The notes under the pieces were generated by a model. The model was not told the DNA's origin and ran no database searches. It saw nothing but the letters and a program-made list of their open reading frames with translations. Shown in pieces: positions 1 to 13,158 of a DNA stretch of 64,000 nt; within the stretch, counting starts at the first letter, position 1; each line of letters begins with the position of its first letter. The position numbers and the translations under genes were made by a program. This DNA is from Sphagnum compactum (Eukaryota): positions 12,400,001 through 12,464,000 of the forward strand of contig OZ234494.1 of NCBI GenBank assembly GCA_965153455.1. Reading direction: 5' to 3'.

Positions 1-1108
1 AGGGGAGTGTATCAAGACATTGTGCAGAAAGTGGTTTGTGCTGAAGCAAGGCCAAATTTTCTGCTTCAAAGAAAACTCTCTTTTCTTCTGTAAAGAATCT
101 GCCCCTTCCAAGTTACAGAGAAATTTGGGATGATTTGTGTGGTGGTATTTTCACATGGCTTTCTATGACTTAACCACTGGAACTTTTTTTGTGAAGTAGC
201 ATTGTTTGTACAGGTCGTCATTTCAATGCTCCATTCATGGCTTTGCTAAATACATGAGAACGTATATGTTGAGGTCTGCAACATTGTATATTGCAGGGAG
301 AAGAGCTGTTGATTTTTTTTTTAATGCGGAAACAATCCTTTTAGACCTGTTTGTCATTTCAGGTCATCCAGAACTCAAAGCCAAGAGGGTTGATTGTGAT
401 TGGCGTACTTTACCATCAGGGGTGCTGAGGATGTGTTGAACAAGCAATATGCATTTGAGCTTTCTACAATGTATTTCATTGCTGATATAGACAAGTGTGC
501 TAGGATTTGTGGCCATTTACTTTCTTTTCTTTTCCCTCTGTTCCAATCTTTGGGGGCTTTCTCTTTCTCCTTATGTTTTCATTCTCTGAGCTTTTAGTTT
601 TTCTCCTTCCACTTCATTACGCTTTTCTTTCCATCCCTGAAATGTTGCAGTGCCTTTACCAGTTTAAATTAAGGTGATTAGATTGTGATTAAAACAATTT
701 GGAAGAAATCAACACATTGCTGGTCTGCATTTCTTGTTGGCTAATTGTATCCTATCCTATGAGTCAGATTTCAGCTCTTTTGTGTTCCACTCTTACCAGC
801 AGGTCAAAAGCTTCAATTTTACCTATATCTTCAATTCTGTGTTGAATGCAAGAGAAAGAGGATTGGAACAATTCTGTTGAGCATTTCACTCATTCTGCAT
901 TCAAAGTCTGTCACAGATGAAGAGGTCTTGGATTATAACACAGGCCACTATACACCCCTCCCCCCAATCGAACTCTTGTGAGGCACCTGGCATGGTTCTG
1001 CACAGTTGCACTGCATGGTTCATGTTTTGCACTGATGAACATGTGTTCTACTTTGCAAAACAAAAAAATCTAGTTTATGTATGTTCGTTTCCTTGGAAGT
1101 GGATTTGA

Positions 1109-1270
1109 GCATTGGCCATGGTTTATGCTTTGCAAAAATTCAATTATTATATGTTGGGCAATAGGTTTGTCTTTTATGTTGATCATATGGCACTCTTATA
1201 TTTAATAAGAAACCATAGATATCTAAGAGAATAGCCATATGGTTGCTACTCTTTTTGGAATATCATTTTT
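1109..1270 (+). mobile_element. Ty3/Gypsy LTR retrotransposon RNase H fragment (decayed)
   Basis: Manual translation across a frameshift and stop gives ALAMVYALQKFNYYMLGNRFVFYVDHMALLYLI..KP*ISKRIAIWLLLFLEYHF. This matches the Gypsy RNase H pattern E.LAxVxAL.KF..YL.G..F....DH..L..L.......RI.RW...L.EY.F. Confidence 0.75.
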
Positions 1271-1274
1271 CAAT

Positions 1275-2170
1275 AACCATACAAGATAACATTGGCAAGC
1301 TAGATAGACAAAGCTTTGGACCAAGCACTTACAAGAAAAAATATCATGTCAAGGTTCAAAGGTACAAGGATTTGGCCATTGAACCCTAAGGCCATGGATG
1401 CAAAAATTGGCCCTAGTACTATATACACATTGCAGAATCAGACCAAGGAGGAAGAATAGTCAAAGTAAGAGGATGGTGAGCAGGAATGGGCAGAACATAC
1501 AACTACATAAGAATTCATCAACATAGGCTCCGTAACAGAAGTTACAATTATTGATCTATCTGATTATCAACCTAGGTATTATGTGAACATGCCTAGAATT
1601 CCTATAGTCATTAACCATGCATGTGAAAAACATGGTTGAGAATTTGGAACAACCTTCATTGGATGAAGCTGCAGAGTTCAGAAATCCTAAAAGTTCAACT
1701 CAAGTGGCATTGGCAGAAGGCTTTCACAGTTTGTTGTCATTGCCACATTTGCCTACACGAAGGACCAATAGAAGAGAACCATTAGTAGATTATTCTCAAA
1801 GTCATGTTGTGACTTTAGAAGAATATTTGAAGATATGTGACAAAAGGCAATGGATAGGGAGGCAACATAACAAATTAGAGAAAACAGAAGGAAAGAAAGA
1901 TAAGAAAAGCAAGCAAAAAAACACTTACAATGTTGACTGCAGCTGAAAGACTAGCTGAAAAGGAACTTGTAAAACAGTAAAGAGAAAATTTCATTGTAGC
2001 TTGGTCATTGTCAACAGTGAAAGAGGCAGGAGACAGATTTCACTACAATTTCAAGGTAGGTTTATAAGCTCACCCTTCTAGATACAAGGGTGTGAATCTT
2101 GGTTCAACAACCCAAGTGCAAAAATAAGCTCAACAATGAGCCATGGCTTGAATGTGAGCTAGAAAGGGAG
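1275..2170 (+). mobile_element. pogo/Fot1-like (DDE_1) DNA transposase C-terminal relic
   Basis: 1280-1400 translates as KITLAS*IDKALDQALTRKNIMSRFKGTRIWPLNPKAMD, resembling the DDE_1 tail motif NI.SGF..TGIWPLN. Broken ORF 1617-1946 (…EPLVDYSQSHVVTLEEYLKI…) follows. Confidence 0.55.
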
Positions 2171-2254
2171 TTGCACCATCCCTGCAACAACTTCAAACAT
2201 ATAACAACTAAAGTTAGAATGGGTGGGGAGGGGGGGGTCTGCTTCTCAATGAGA

Positions 2255-3760
2255 TAAAACAAGGTAGAATAAGGTGACAATGAATAGTAAGGGGTTGGAT
2301 TGAGCATGAACAAAAGGATCAAGAGGAACACTTGTTGCTGAAGGTGAACAAGGGGAGGAATAGGTGCTGAGGATCAAGAAAAAAAGAACAACAACTATTG
2401 AAGATGAACAAGGGGAGGAAAATTACTATTGAAGATTGAGAATAAAAGAACAACGACTGTTGGGGATGAATAAGGGGAGGAGAACTACTGCTTAGGATGA
2501 AGAAGAACAATATGAAAAAGATAATAGTTGTACTGTTGGGAATGAACAAGGGGAGGTGAGCTATTGCTGAAGATCAAGAAAAAGAGAACAACTACAACAA
2601 TAGTTGTTGTGGATGAATAAGAAAAATAATATTGCTAAGGATCAAAAAGAAGAGAATTTAGCAGTTTCTAGGGATGAACAAGAACAACAATTACTACTGA
2701 GGATGATAAAGAAGAGAGTAACTGCAATAACAGCTATTGGGGATGAACAAGAAAAAAGCTACTGCTAAGGATCAAGAATATGAGAGCAGTTGCAGTAGCA
2801 ACATTAGTTACTAGGGATGAATAAGAAAAAGAACTACTACTGAAGATGAAGAAAAAAAGAACAGTTGTTGCAGATGAAGAAAGAAGAAAGCTATTGTTGA
2901 GGATCATGAAAAAAAGAGCAGTTGCAGCAACAACAGTAATTACTAAAGGATGAACAAAAAAAAGAACTACTACTAAATATGAAGAAAAATAGAGTAGTTG
3001 TGGAGTGTAGCTATTGCAGGTGAAGATGAAAAATAACTATTATTGAGGATCAAGAAGAAGAGAGCAACTACGACACCAACTATTATGGATGAACAAGAAA
3101 AAAAACTATTGTTGAGGATCAAGAATAAGAAAGCTATTGCGAATGAACAAGAAAAATAGCTACTGTTCAGGATTTTTAAAAATAAGATCCACAATTGTTG
3201 TAGTTGTTAGGGATGAAAAAAGGGAGGGGCGATTATTGATGGGATCAACAAAAAGAGAGCAGCATCTATTGGGGATGAACAAGGGGAGGAGTAGCTATTG
3301 TTGGGGATCAATAAGAGGAAAAAAATAGCTGTTGTAGAGAAATAATAAGGAAATCGAGAGGAGGAGAATAGTTGTTGCTAAAAAACAACAAGGATACTAA
3401 GATGAGAGAAATAACAACAACTGCTAGGAAATAACAAGATTAAGATGAATTGGAGGAGGAGAGCAACAATAGTTGCTGTGAAATGACAAAAATAATAAGA
3501 AAAGAAGGACAAGCAACAACTGTTGTTGAGAAGGAGGAAAAGGAAGGACAGTTGTTGAGGAGTAACGTAAAAGGACCCTGGCACAAAGATGGTCAAGAGC
3601 TTAGGAGTAATGCAAAAGGACAAGCACAAAGATGGTCAAAAGCTCGAGAGCAATGCAAGAGGATATGCACAAAAGGTGTTAAGAACTAAGGATCAACAAC
3701 GCAAGAGGACATGCACGAAAGGGGTCAAGAGCTGAAGAACAACACAAGACAAATTTCAAG
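2255..3760. repeat. Purine-rich degenerate tandem repeat (core ...CTA(T/C)TG(C/T)TGAGGATCAAGAA.../GGGATGAACAAG...)
   Basis: GGATCAAGAA, GGATGAACAAG and CTA(C/T)TG(C/T)T motifs recur many times at roughly 30-70 bp spacing, with a strong A/G strand bias. The overlapping ORFs are artefacts of this repeat. Confidence 0.7.
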
Positions 3761-4535
3761 AACTGAGGAGCAGCTAGCTGATCCAAGTGTTGAGAGCATA
3801 ATCACAAGTGCATAGGCACTACCAGGATAGAGGCGCAAGAGGCACAACAGGAGCATCACCAACAACACTACAAGGAATAAAAGTGCAAGAAGTGCAAAAA
3901 GTGTCGTGTCTTGATTGGAGCTAGGGAAATTACGTGCAAGAAGCTCAAGCCGAGCATCACCAGCAACATTGTGAAGGAACACAAACACAAGAAGCACAAT
4001 GTCCTGATTAGAGCAAGCGCAAAACAATGTGGGGAAATCAAGCATAGGTGTCTACACGAGCTCACAAACTCAAGAGGGGCCTCAAGCTACGCCACCACTT
4101 GCACACGCACGAAACACATGGCATTAAAGATGGTCAAAGGTGATGTACAGAATTGAAACACAAAGAAACACGGGCATTAAGGGAGAGAGAGGAGCTAGTT
4201 GCCATCGTGAGAGGAGTTTCATGATAGAATGCCTTTCAGCTTGCGAACGAGATACGAGAGAAAGCGGGAGTCAAGGGGGCTTCAAAGTGTGGAGAGAGGA
4301 GAATATAAAGGGAATTGGTTTCAGGGTTTTGGATTGGCACCACACAGGAGAGGGACCACTTAGTTAGGGTTTCCTAAACCTTTAAGGTTTGATAACCAAA
4401 CATTGTTTTGTCCTTTTTAAGGTTTCAATTTGAACCATTGATTAAAAAGGATTGGCTTTTTCAACGTTTGTGATCAATTTGAGAATGTGCATGTTTGGTG
4501 ATAAGGTAGATTTTTGACAAGTGTCAATGTTAGAA

Positions 4536-5115
4536 TTACTATATGTAAAGGACGTCGGGATGAGAAATGAAGCTTCCCCTGAATCCGTGTGTCCCGTCAT
4601 CCATCCGGACGGATGCAGCTATGTCATCCCCACTATTTAAAACAAAAGCATAGGGGCTTCCACATGACACATCATTTTAGCTTATATATGTGACAATCAG
4701 AAAAGAAAACCACCAAAGGAGAAGGGCCAGTGTGTTCAACTGTAAGTGAACTCCCATTTTAGAAAGTATCTTCTTAGCAGGCCAACTAGGGGTCATGCAA
4801 ACCTGCCTAGACGGAAGAGCACCACCTCTTGAGCAAAAAACCCCTCCTTCGACCTGGAATAAAAATGTTGTGCCCTCCCCAATCCATGCTATGGAATTAA
4901 AGGGAGGTGCTATTGGGAACACCCTTAGGGAACCCATTGGGAACTTGAAAGGAACATGTTGGGAACAGAGGAAAAATGAAAAAAAAAAATCCTTCCCCCC
5001 CAACCCAAAACTTAAAAAAATTGGGCCTTTTGAGTGCATGCTGAGCCTTCCCATTGGCTGCATGAAATTTTCTATTTTCTAAACACCTGTGCATTAGGCA
5101 CGGGGTTCAAACTAG
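4536..5115 (+). mobile_element. Non-autonomous Helitron
   Basis: The 3' end has hairpin CCTGTGC-ATTAG-GCACGGG (5086-5104), then CTAG (5112-5115) followed by T. The 5' end is TTACTATATGTAAAGG after an A. A similar 5' end (TACTATATAAATGGATGTCAAGGACGA) occurs at ~50271. Confidence 0.6.
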
Positions 5116-5939
5116 TGTTTGTTTATAGGATGTGCATTGTTTGAAAGTAGGGAGGCTTGCTGTTGGACGACTCTTAATTTTTTTTCAATGAGACTAAGAC
5201 CTTCTCGAGCCCATAACTTTTGCATTTTTAAGTCCAAATTAAGTGATCTAAAGTGCACTATGTGTGCCCAAACCTCCTCTACAATCATCTTTGGACCTCA
5301 GATCCAATCAGAGTCTCATGAGATCGCCAGGAGCCTCTCGGTTCTTAAATGTACTATGACCGGCCTCTCTACCCTAAACCTACTTACAATGAAAATTTTA
5401 TGTTAACATTCACTTAACATTAAACTTATCACCTATTTAACATTGCATGCCACCTAGATTTGCATTTGACATTGATGTGACACGAAGTGTGCATGCAGCA
5501 TAAATAATGTAAACGACCAAGGCCAGATACTAGGGATACATAACATATCAATTACATTCCCTTGTTGTGAACTCCATATACATAGCTGCAAGATGGTTTT
5601 TTCATTTACCCTCTATTTACCCACCTTCACACAGTTACTTGCATTTGGGTGAAGGTAAACCTCATGAGCAATCAGCACTGGGAATAGCACTGCAAATGTG
5701 AATGCACCTCCTCTCAAACTATGACGTGGCGTGATGGAGTGCAGCGGATGAAATGGTATCGAAGAATCTGAGGCGTCGGTTGTGAAAGACGACGGCGTTG
5801 AGGGAAAGATGTCCCTTGCGCTTCGCCTCGCGCCTGCGTGTGCGGTGCGGGGACTAGAGAACGCGAGGCTTTGTTGGCATTTTCTGCCGGAGATTTTTTT
5901 GTTGCGATTGTCGTCGTCGAAATCAGATCCGTGAAGAAA

Positions 5940-8900
5940 ATGGCAGCAAGAAGATCGGTCGCTGTTCTCTTGAAGAGATCCGTCGTGTCTGCTGCCAAAA
6001 GCCCGGCGCAAACGAGATGCATTTCGAGCTCCAGCTCTCCCAGGCGGAAGGTGGCGGTGTTGGGAGCCGCAGGAGGAATTGGACAACCTCTAGGGCTTCT
6101 CATGAAGCTCAATCCCCTGGTGACCGATCTCTCTTTGTATGATATTGCGGGAACTCCTGGCGTCGCTGCCGATATCAGCCATGTCGACACTACCGCAACG
6201 GTGAGTATTATCTTTCTCGCGCAGTGTTTATATATCTCCGGCCTCCTTTCACTTTTGTAATCTTTCTTTCCTTGACGGCAAATCGGATCCCTCTTTAGCG
6301 GAGATCGGCAGCGGCCGATCCTGTTTTTCCTTCTCATGGCCATTCCTCATTGTATGTTCAGTCTTTCGGTCATCGGTTAGGTTACTCGGAGCTTTGTGGT
6401 TACACGGCGTAATGCGCTAGATGAGATGCAGACAGTGGAGAATTGTACTTAATACTAAGCCTGTTTGAAGTAAGCTCTAAGAGTGGTCCGCATTGAGAAA
6501 GACTTCTGGAATCTAATCTAGGGCTTGGATATCCTTCATTCTTGCTGATGCATCAAGGTGAGGAAGTAACGTCTGAATTGCATCTCTGAATTTTGAACCT
6601 CTGTCTCTGACTAGCAGAAGTGTCAACAGCATAGATAAAGAGCAAATCCTGTCAGGAACTCTTGTATCTTGTGCAGAACCTGTTTGCTTGTCTCGTCCTG
6701 GGCATTGAGTAGGTTCAGCTTTCTAACTGCCACTTTGTTCAGAATATGAATACAACTTCTGCTCCTGGACAGTTACATGTGATTGATTTAAACACTACAT
6801 ACGCAGTCATTCTTAGTAGACAATTCTGGTTTTTCAGGTGGAGGGGTTTGCTGGCGAGGCAGATCTAGCAAAGGCTTTGAAAGGGTGTGACCTGGTCATA
6901 ATCCCTGCTGGAGTGCCACGCAAACCTGGCATGACTCGTGATGATCTGTTCAAGATCAATGCTGGAATTGTGAAGGGCCTTTGCACTGCCATTGCTGAAC
7001 ACTGTCCAGGGGTATGTCTCACCCTATCACTGTGGCTCTATCACAACAGATGGTAGCATACTGAAATCAATCATTAGTGGTCATGGCACACTTAAACCTC
7101 TTGAAGAGGTCAGAGGTTCAAGGTTTGGCCTTTGGTGGATTTAGGTCTCAAGTATGGCATCGGGAAGCATTAGGTGGATTCCAGTGAAGGTGTGTACTCA
7201 CTAGTAGTTGTGCTCACAAGTAACTATGCACCTGCTAGGATGATCTTCTGAGCTTTTAACCTGAAACTTGTATATATATTCTGTCATCAATCACTTTGGC
7301 CATAAAGATTCCATCAATCTGATCAGATAGGAGTTTCTTTGCTGTATCCAGGAAGATCACTTTATTCACTTTGTGAATCGGACGTTCCCCTTCTAAAAGT
7401 GCAGGCCAGGGGAATCTGATTCTGGTAATGGAAAATTTGGATCAACTGTGATGCAGGCACTGGTAAACATAATCAGTAATCCTGTGAACTCAACTGTGCC
7501 AATAGCTGCTGAAGTCTTCAAGCTGCACGGCACTTATGACTCAAGGAAGCTCTTTGGTGTAACTACCTTGGATGTAGTACGAGCAAGGACCTTCTATTCA
7601 GTATTGAAAGGACTACCAGTACGAGGTATGTGCTTTACTCTCCTAGTGTTTGTTTGAGAGTCCTCTCAACTGCTGAATGTAAGGAAGGGTAATAGAATGT
7701 TGTTCTCAGTTGAAATGTCATATTGAACAATTAGGTTGCAGTAGCTATTGAAGCTGTAGTGAGCTGGCTAGGCAGGTTTTTGCAAACCTCATTGTAAATT
7801 TAACTGACTTGGTTCATTGCCTTTTAACTTCATATATTACTGGACAAGAAAGTGGTGTCAATAGTTATTCAATGGTTTCAACATACTTCTGCATGGGGAT
7901 TATGCAGAGGTGAATGTCCCTGTTGTGGGTGGCCATGCTGGAATCACCATTCTTCCTCTTTTCTCTCAGGTAACATGCTGGAATTTAATCTACCATGTCT
8001 GGATGAAGAGTGCATTGTGTCAGTTGCAGAGAATGTGTGCCAGCATTGTCTTGACATTGAAATATTATCTTCCACTTACAGACACCAAGGTTGTGTGAGG
8101 GTGATAGTTATAATCAAATTGTCTAATAGCATGACTTCATTTTTTGCAACCAACTTCTGATTACTGCTTCTCTAGCTATTAAAGCTGTTGCCTGGTTCTT
8201 CTCATTACCTAGTGCTGGTTGAGTCTGGCATGAAGTTGGCTATATAAATGTCAACATTGTTTCCTCTTGACGATGCATTGGAAACCCTGAAGATGGCACC
8301 TTACAAGCAGCACCCAGACACTTTTTAGAGCCAAGGGTGCTAGAAATATGCATAAGTGGTGGCAGCACATAGTGGTTGTTGGCAAGCACTATTCTTTGGA
8401 AGACCATTTGTTTGGTTAGGAGGGTGCTGACCACCTTATGTTAGAAAATGCCTAGGCATTCATGACATACTGGAACTTGCTATATATGATGATGAAGGCT
8501 GTTACCCAAGAGCTAGCTAAATAATGTGCTTATTTTAAGCTTCCTCTGCTGGTTATGGAGCAGGGTAGCTTTTTCGTTGGAAGTTCATCTTGCCTCTTGC
8601 TTCATTCTTCTGTCAATACTTAATAGGGATCATGCATCTATGGTCACTGCAGGCCTCTCCAAAGGTTCAATTGACAGATGAGGAGATTGAAGCACTTACC
8701 AAGCGCACACAAGATGGTGGTACTGAAGTTGTGCAGGCAAAGGCTGGTAAAGGGTCTGCTACTCTATCTATGGCGTAAGTGCCCTGTCCCTTGATTCTTC
8801 TCAAGTTTCTTCTCTTTTATGTTCTTGATTGGCTCTATTTCAAGTTCTGGTGCATTTGACAAATAAAACCTCAGGACCATGTCAGACCAGTTTGGTTTGA

Positions 8901-9722
8901 AGCTATTGTGACACTGTTTTCTGAATAGACCTGAAAAAATATTTGACTTCATCTTTTGGTGGAGCTGCTCATCATGAAAAAGTGATTTTGTAGATTGTTT
9001 ATAAAAGTTAAATCTGTCAGCTGAACAACCAGCTTAGAGTAAGTGGGTTTGGGAATGGTGTAGCTATGCTGGAGCTCTTTTTGCAGAAGCCTGTCTCAAG
9101 GGCCTAAATGGTGTGGAGAATATCCAGTGCAGCTATGTGGCATCTGATATTACTAATCTGCCTTTCTTCTCATCAAAGGTGCCACCTTTCTCTCCTACTT
9201 GCAGCCAAAACTCAGCAATCTTTCCCTGTGCAAGCAGCCACATGGCTAAGAGGTTTTTTGATTATGTGAATTAATATTGTTCTATTTATTAGCCATGTGT
9301 ATCAAGATAGCCAGGTTTTGATTACAATTCAATGCAAATTTTGTGTTTATTTGGTTTAATCTTTTATTCCTCTATCATTGGTCATTTGCTTGTGGCTGAT
9401 TTTGGTTTGCTTTAGATGTGTATGTGGAGTATCTTACTTAGACTTACATTATTCTCCAAGTGAATTGGTGAAATCAAATAGAGAAAACTTTCACATCCAA
9501 GCTGGAGATGGCCATTTTTCACCCTGTTGAGATCTCTTTGTGCAGTTTCTTGAGGGCAAACATTTTGGTTGGCAGGTGCGGTTAGGGAAAAATGGAGTTG
9601 AGGAGGTGCTGGAGTTGGGCAGTCTTTCTGACTATGAACAGAAAGGCCTTGAGGCCTTGAAGGAGGAATTGCAGTCTTCAATACAGAAGGGATTGGATTT
9701 TGTCAAGCCACAACACACTTGA
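5940..9722 (+). CDS. mMDH: Mitochondrial NAD-dependent malate dehydrogenase; 7 exons: 5940-6200, 6838-7011, 7457-7625, 7908-7969, 8653-8774, 9064-9178, 9576-9722
   Basis: The spliced product is in frame with GT-AG introns. It has an Arg/Ser/Ala-rich presequence without acidic residues, followed by [15 protein letters not shown] (NAD binding), [74 protein letters not shown], and a TGA at 9720-9722. Confidence 0.96.
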
Positions 9723-10464
9723 ATAAGTCTTTTCCAACGGCTTATTACAAACCAGGTACCTCCTAATGTAATTAGGTTTGAGAAAAAATTGGAAGTGGGA
9801 CAGTCATCTCTACAGCACTCTCTCATTCTCTGGCGTGGACCTAGATCCTGGATCCCATCAGGCCTTGTGCTATGTAATAAGATTTCTTGGAAATATGGAG
9901 CACCAGTGTACACTGTCTGGCTCTTGGTGGCAACCCAACTCAAATGTGTTACTGGATGTTGAGAGCTTTAGTTTTGTCACCATGATATTGAATACTGAGA
10001 TGGTATTTCTGAATACACAGTTGGAGTATTTCCTGACATTTTTCCAATTTTGTTAGGCACTTTACATCCAACATTATATTTGTTTACACAGTCTTTAGTT
10101 CATTTGTGTATATATGTTAATAGGTGGAGTTAACTATCTACCAAATGCTAAAGACGGTTATGAAGTTTAACCTGAGTTTTTTGCTCTGATTTTTGTATAA
10201 GGTTCTAATTTGGCAACTCATTTTGAGAATTGTGAATTCCAGAAATCAAGTTACATAATAGCTGAAGTGGAAAATGCTATTCTGATATTGGTATTGGCAA
10301 GCCAGTGCAATTTTTAACATAAACTTCAAAGATGCATTGTTAAGATGTAGATTGAACTATCAACTGTATCAGTGAATCACCTTACCTTGTTCTAGATTAA
10401 CATAAAACAGAGTGTCACATTTGTTTTATGACATAATAGAAAGGACCATCTGTTTGAAGCCTGT

Positions 10465-10925
10465 CACGACTCAGTTGTGGATGAAGCCTCAACTGAGTAG
10501 ATCTGGGGTTTCACCTGGATGAACTGTCCTGTAAAGGATAGGTCTTGTAGGTAGCTCTATATAGGTAGGTATGGTTATAGGTGGATACTAGGTGAATAGA
10601 TGCATTTAGATGGTGAATACACAGGTAATAGGCTTGTGAGTTGTTGAACCTCAACTGAGTTGACATTGGCTTTCACCTTGATAACCTTGTGTGTAGTATT
10701 GGTGTGATATGTAGGTAGGTAGTAGGAATGGATGTAGATGTTTACACATAAGTAAAGGCTTGTGTGTTGTTAGTAGGGAGGTAGGTAAAAGCAACAACTG
10801 ATCTAATCTAACCATCGTGGTTAGCTAGGTAATGGGAACCCAATGGAAAATTGTTTCTTGTCCATCTGCCATGCATCATCCCTCGTGGTGCACCCATGGC
10901 TGCTGGTTCACTGTTCACTCTGGGT
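10465..10925 (+). repeat. Dispersed repeat family copy 1 (other copies at 33165-33510, 33690-33830 and, inverted, 34720-34950)
   Basis: Shared blocks across copies: CAACTGAGT, GGTTTCACCT, AAGGATAGGTC, CTAACCA..GTGGTTAGCTAGG, GGAACCCAATG.AAAA.TGTTTC.TGTCCA and GGCTG.TGGTTCA.TG. Confidence 0.75.
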
Positions 10926-12544
10926 CCACATCGAACCCAGTACTTTTTGTGTTATATTTTCCAGAAACAAATTACTCAACATGAACTCAAAATTGAGACC
11001 TAAAAATTAGTTTGAAATGTACTTTGACATGAAATTGCTACTCAAATTAGCACAAGCAATGTCTTGTTCACCTTGATCAGCTCTACTGTATTAGCTGGGA
11101 AAGGCTGGCATGCATATCATGGCTCAGTGGTGTTTGTGTGATGAGTTTTTTTGCTATTTTTGGACTTTTTGAAGAAAAATTTGGGAAAATGGCTCACTGG
11201 TCTTTTTTTTTGGTGATGAATTTTGCCTTGTACCAATTTTACACAAGTCTCTTCATACTACGAGTATATTACCTTGGGTCCATACTGGGCTGTCTAAGGC
11301 TAGTATTGCCTCAGCTAGAACCATTGAGAATGACCTCACATTAGAAACGGTTTCAGTACTTACCACATACTTGACCCTTACCTACTGGCCCTTTCGTTGG
11401 GAAAAAAAATGCACCACATTGGTTATGTTGTCCCCCCATTGCAGTAGTTGTGAGTGCTTGAGATAACATATCAAAATATGTGTTTGCAATACTATAGCAG
11501 ATACATCTTTTGGTTCAAGAATTTGTGTTTGCAATAATATAGCAAATTCATCTTTTGGTTCGAGAATTCGTTAGCACAAAAAGGACCCTTTTCTCAACAT
11601 TGGTATTAAAGTGTGTTTGAAAAGCTGAAGAAGTTGCTAGTGGGAAAAATATCAAGCTAATAGATGATGATTACATAGGAGAGAGCAAATTAAGGGTTTA
11701 GATCAATGTTGGGTGGGTATTATATCTCCCATGATACCCCTAGGGTTTTGGGCAAGTTCTTACATTGAAATTGATGGTTCTCATCCCTTGTGAGAAGTTA
11801 GAAGTGTTGATCCTTTGGCAAGAGAGGACCAATTAAAACAGTGTTGGTCCTTTGGCAAGAGAAAACTGAGTAAAATGATAATTGTTTTGACCTTGAAACT
11901 CAAGTAGGGTAAAACGTTAACCTTGGGTTTAGTTCTCGAGGTTACAAGTCTAGGTTCCCTATTGTTTGCATTCTTTTGCTTGCTTTTCATGGTATCTTCT
12001 TCTTTTTCTTTTTTGTCTCTTGTGATATTTGAGCATTGCAATTGTTGGTAATTTAAAGAACGTTTTCCCCATTGGTCGCCATGTAATTCACATAATATAT
12101 ATTTTATAGTTTCTCAAGGTGGGTTAGAGGTGATAGAAATTATATGTGAGGATGGCATGTGGCATATTGATCAGTGCCCACTTAATTTCACAATGTAATG
12201 TTTTGCATTGCAAAAAAATAGAAGTGCCAAGTGCGCATCCAAAATCAATACACAAAAAACGACAATTGGGACTCCAACTCCATATTATTTTCATTTTTGG
12301 GTTTAATTTTAACTAGAACTTTGGAACACCATAAACACTAGTTCAATCTTGATGACTTAAGTTGTTGTGTGGGTGGGTCTGCACAAAATTTTGTGGTTGC
12401 TAAGTTGCAAGTTTCAATTATATGGTCGTTCAACATCATGTCAACCTTACTCAAAAGAAAGCATCATGTCTAGAAAAAGTTGGGTTTCTCTTTGATTATG
12501 AACACAAGAATAATCCTCGAAGTCTATTTGGAGGTGAGCCTTCT

Positions 12545-13158
12545 GAATGAAAGCACACTAAGGTGGAGTACATAATCATGTCATAACCTGTTAGATTATC
12601 AATTATGGGCCATGGAACAAAATATAAATGAATAATATGTGAAAAAAACTCAAAAATATATATATAACATGTGATATGATCACATTGTATGAATTTTATG
12701 AATAGTTTTTGAGTAACCATAACATATTGGACTTTTGAAGTGCTAAAAACCCAACATCACAGTCCATATCATATGGTTATGGACTCATTATATTTATTAA
12801 AATGTTTAATTGAATGAATTTATTTGACATAAAAAGTAGTGTGATGCCATTGATACAAAGGAAAACGATTTAAAAAGATTTTGAAACTTATAAATTGAAA
12901 TATACAATGAAATATAGATTTTTATAAAGTCCTTTGTTCATTTGAATTAATAATTCAACTTTTAGATTTTTAAATGTAAAATTTTAATAAAATTATCTAT
13001 AATTCATAAAGTTTATAAATAATAAAAAATTGTTTAGCCATGCATATGACTTGTGCAATATAATTTATTTTGCTACAATGTAAAATGAACTTTTATTTTA
13101 ACACTAGTATGGACTCCACATATGCTGGAAAGTGTATCACCTTAGTGTGCTTTCACCC
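12545..13158. mobile_element. MITE / non-autonomous DNA transposon with terminal inverted repeats
   Basis: Perfect 18-bp inverted repeat TGAAAGCACACTAAGGTG (12548-12565) / CACCTTAGTGTGCTTTCA (13138-13155), extendable to GAA/CCC termini. TTCT lies on both flanks (12541-12544, 13159-13162). The interior is AT-rich and non-coding. Confidence 0.7.

Noticed and set aside
1-990. Possible 3' exons of an upstream gene (acceptors at ~212, ~362, ~916)
   Set aside because: No consistent spliced frame or recognisable protein motif could be established.
5613-6343. Long minus-strand ORFs (157 and 209 aa)
   Set aside because: Antisense shadows of the GC-rich MDH exon 1 and 5' UTR, with no motifs.
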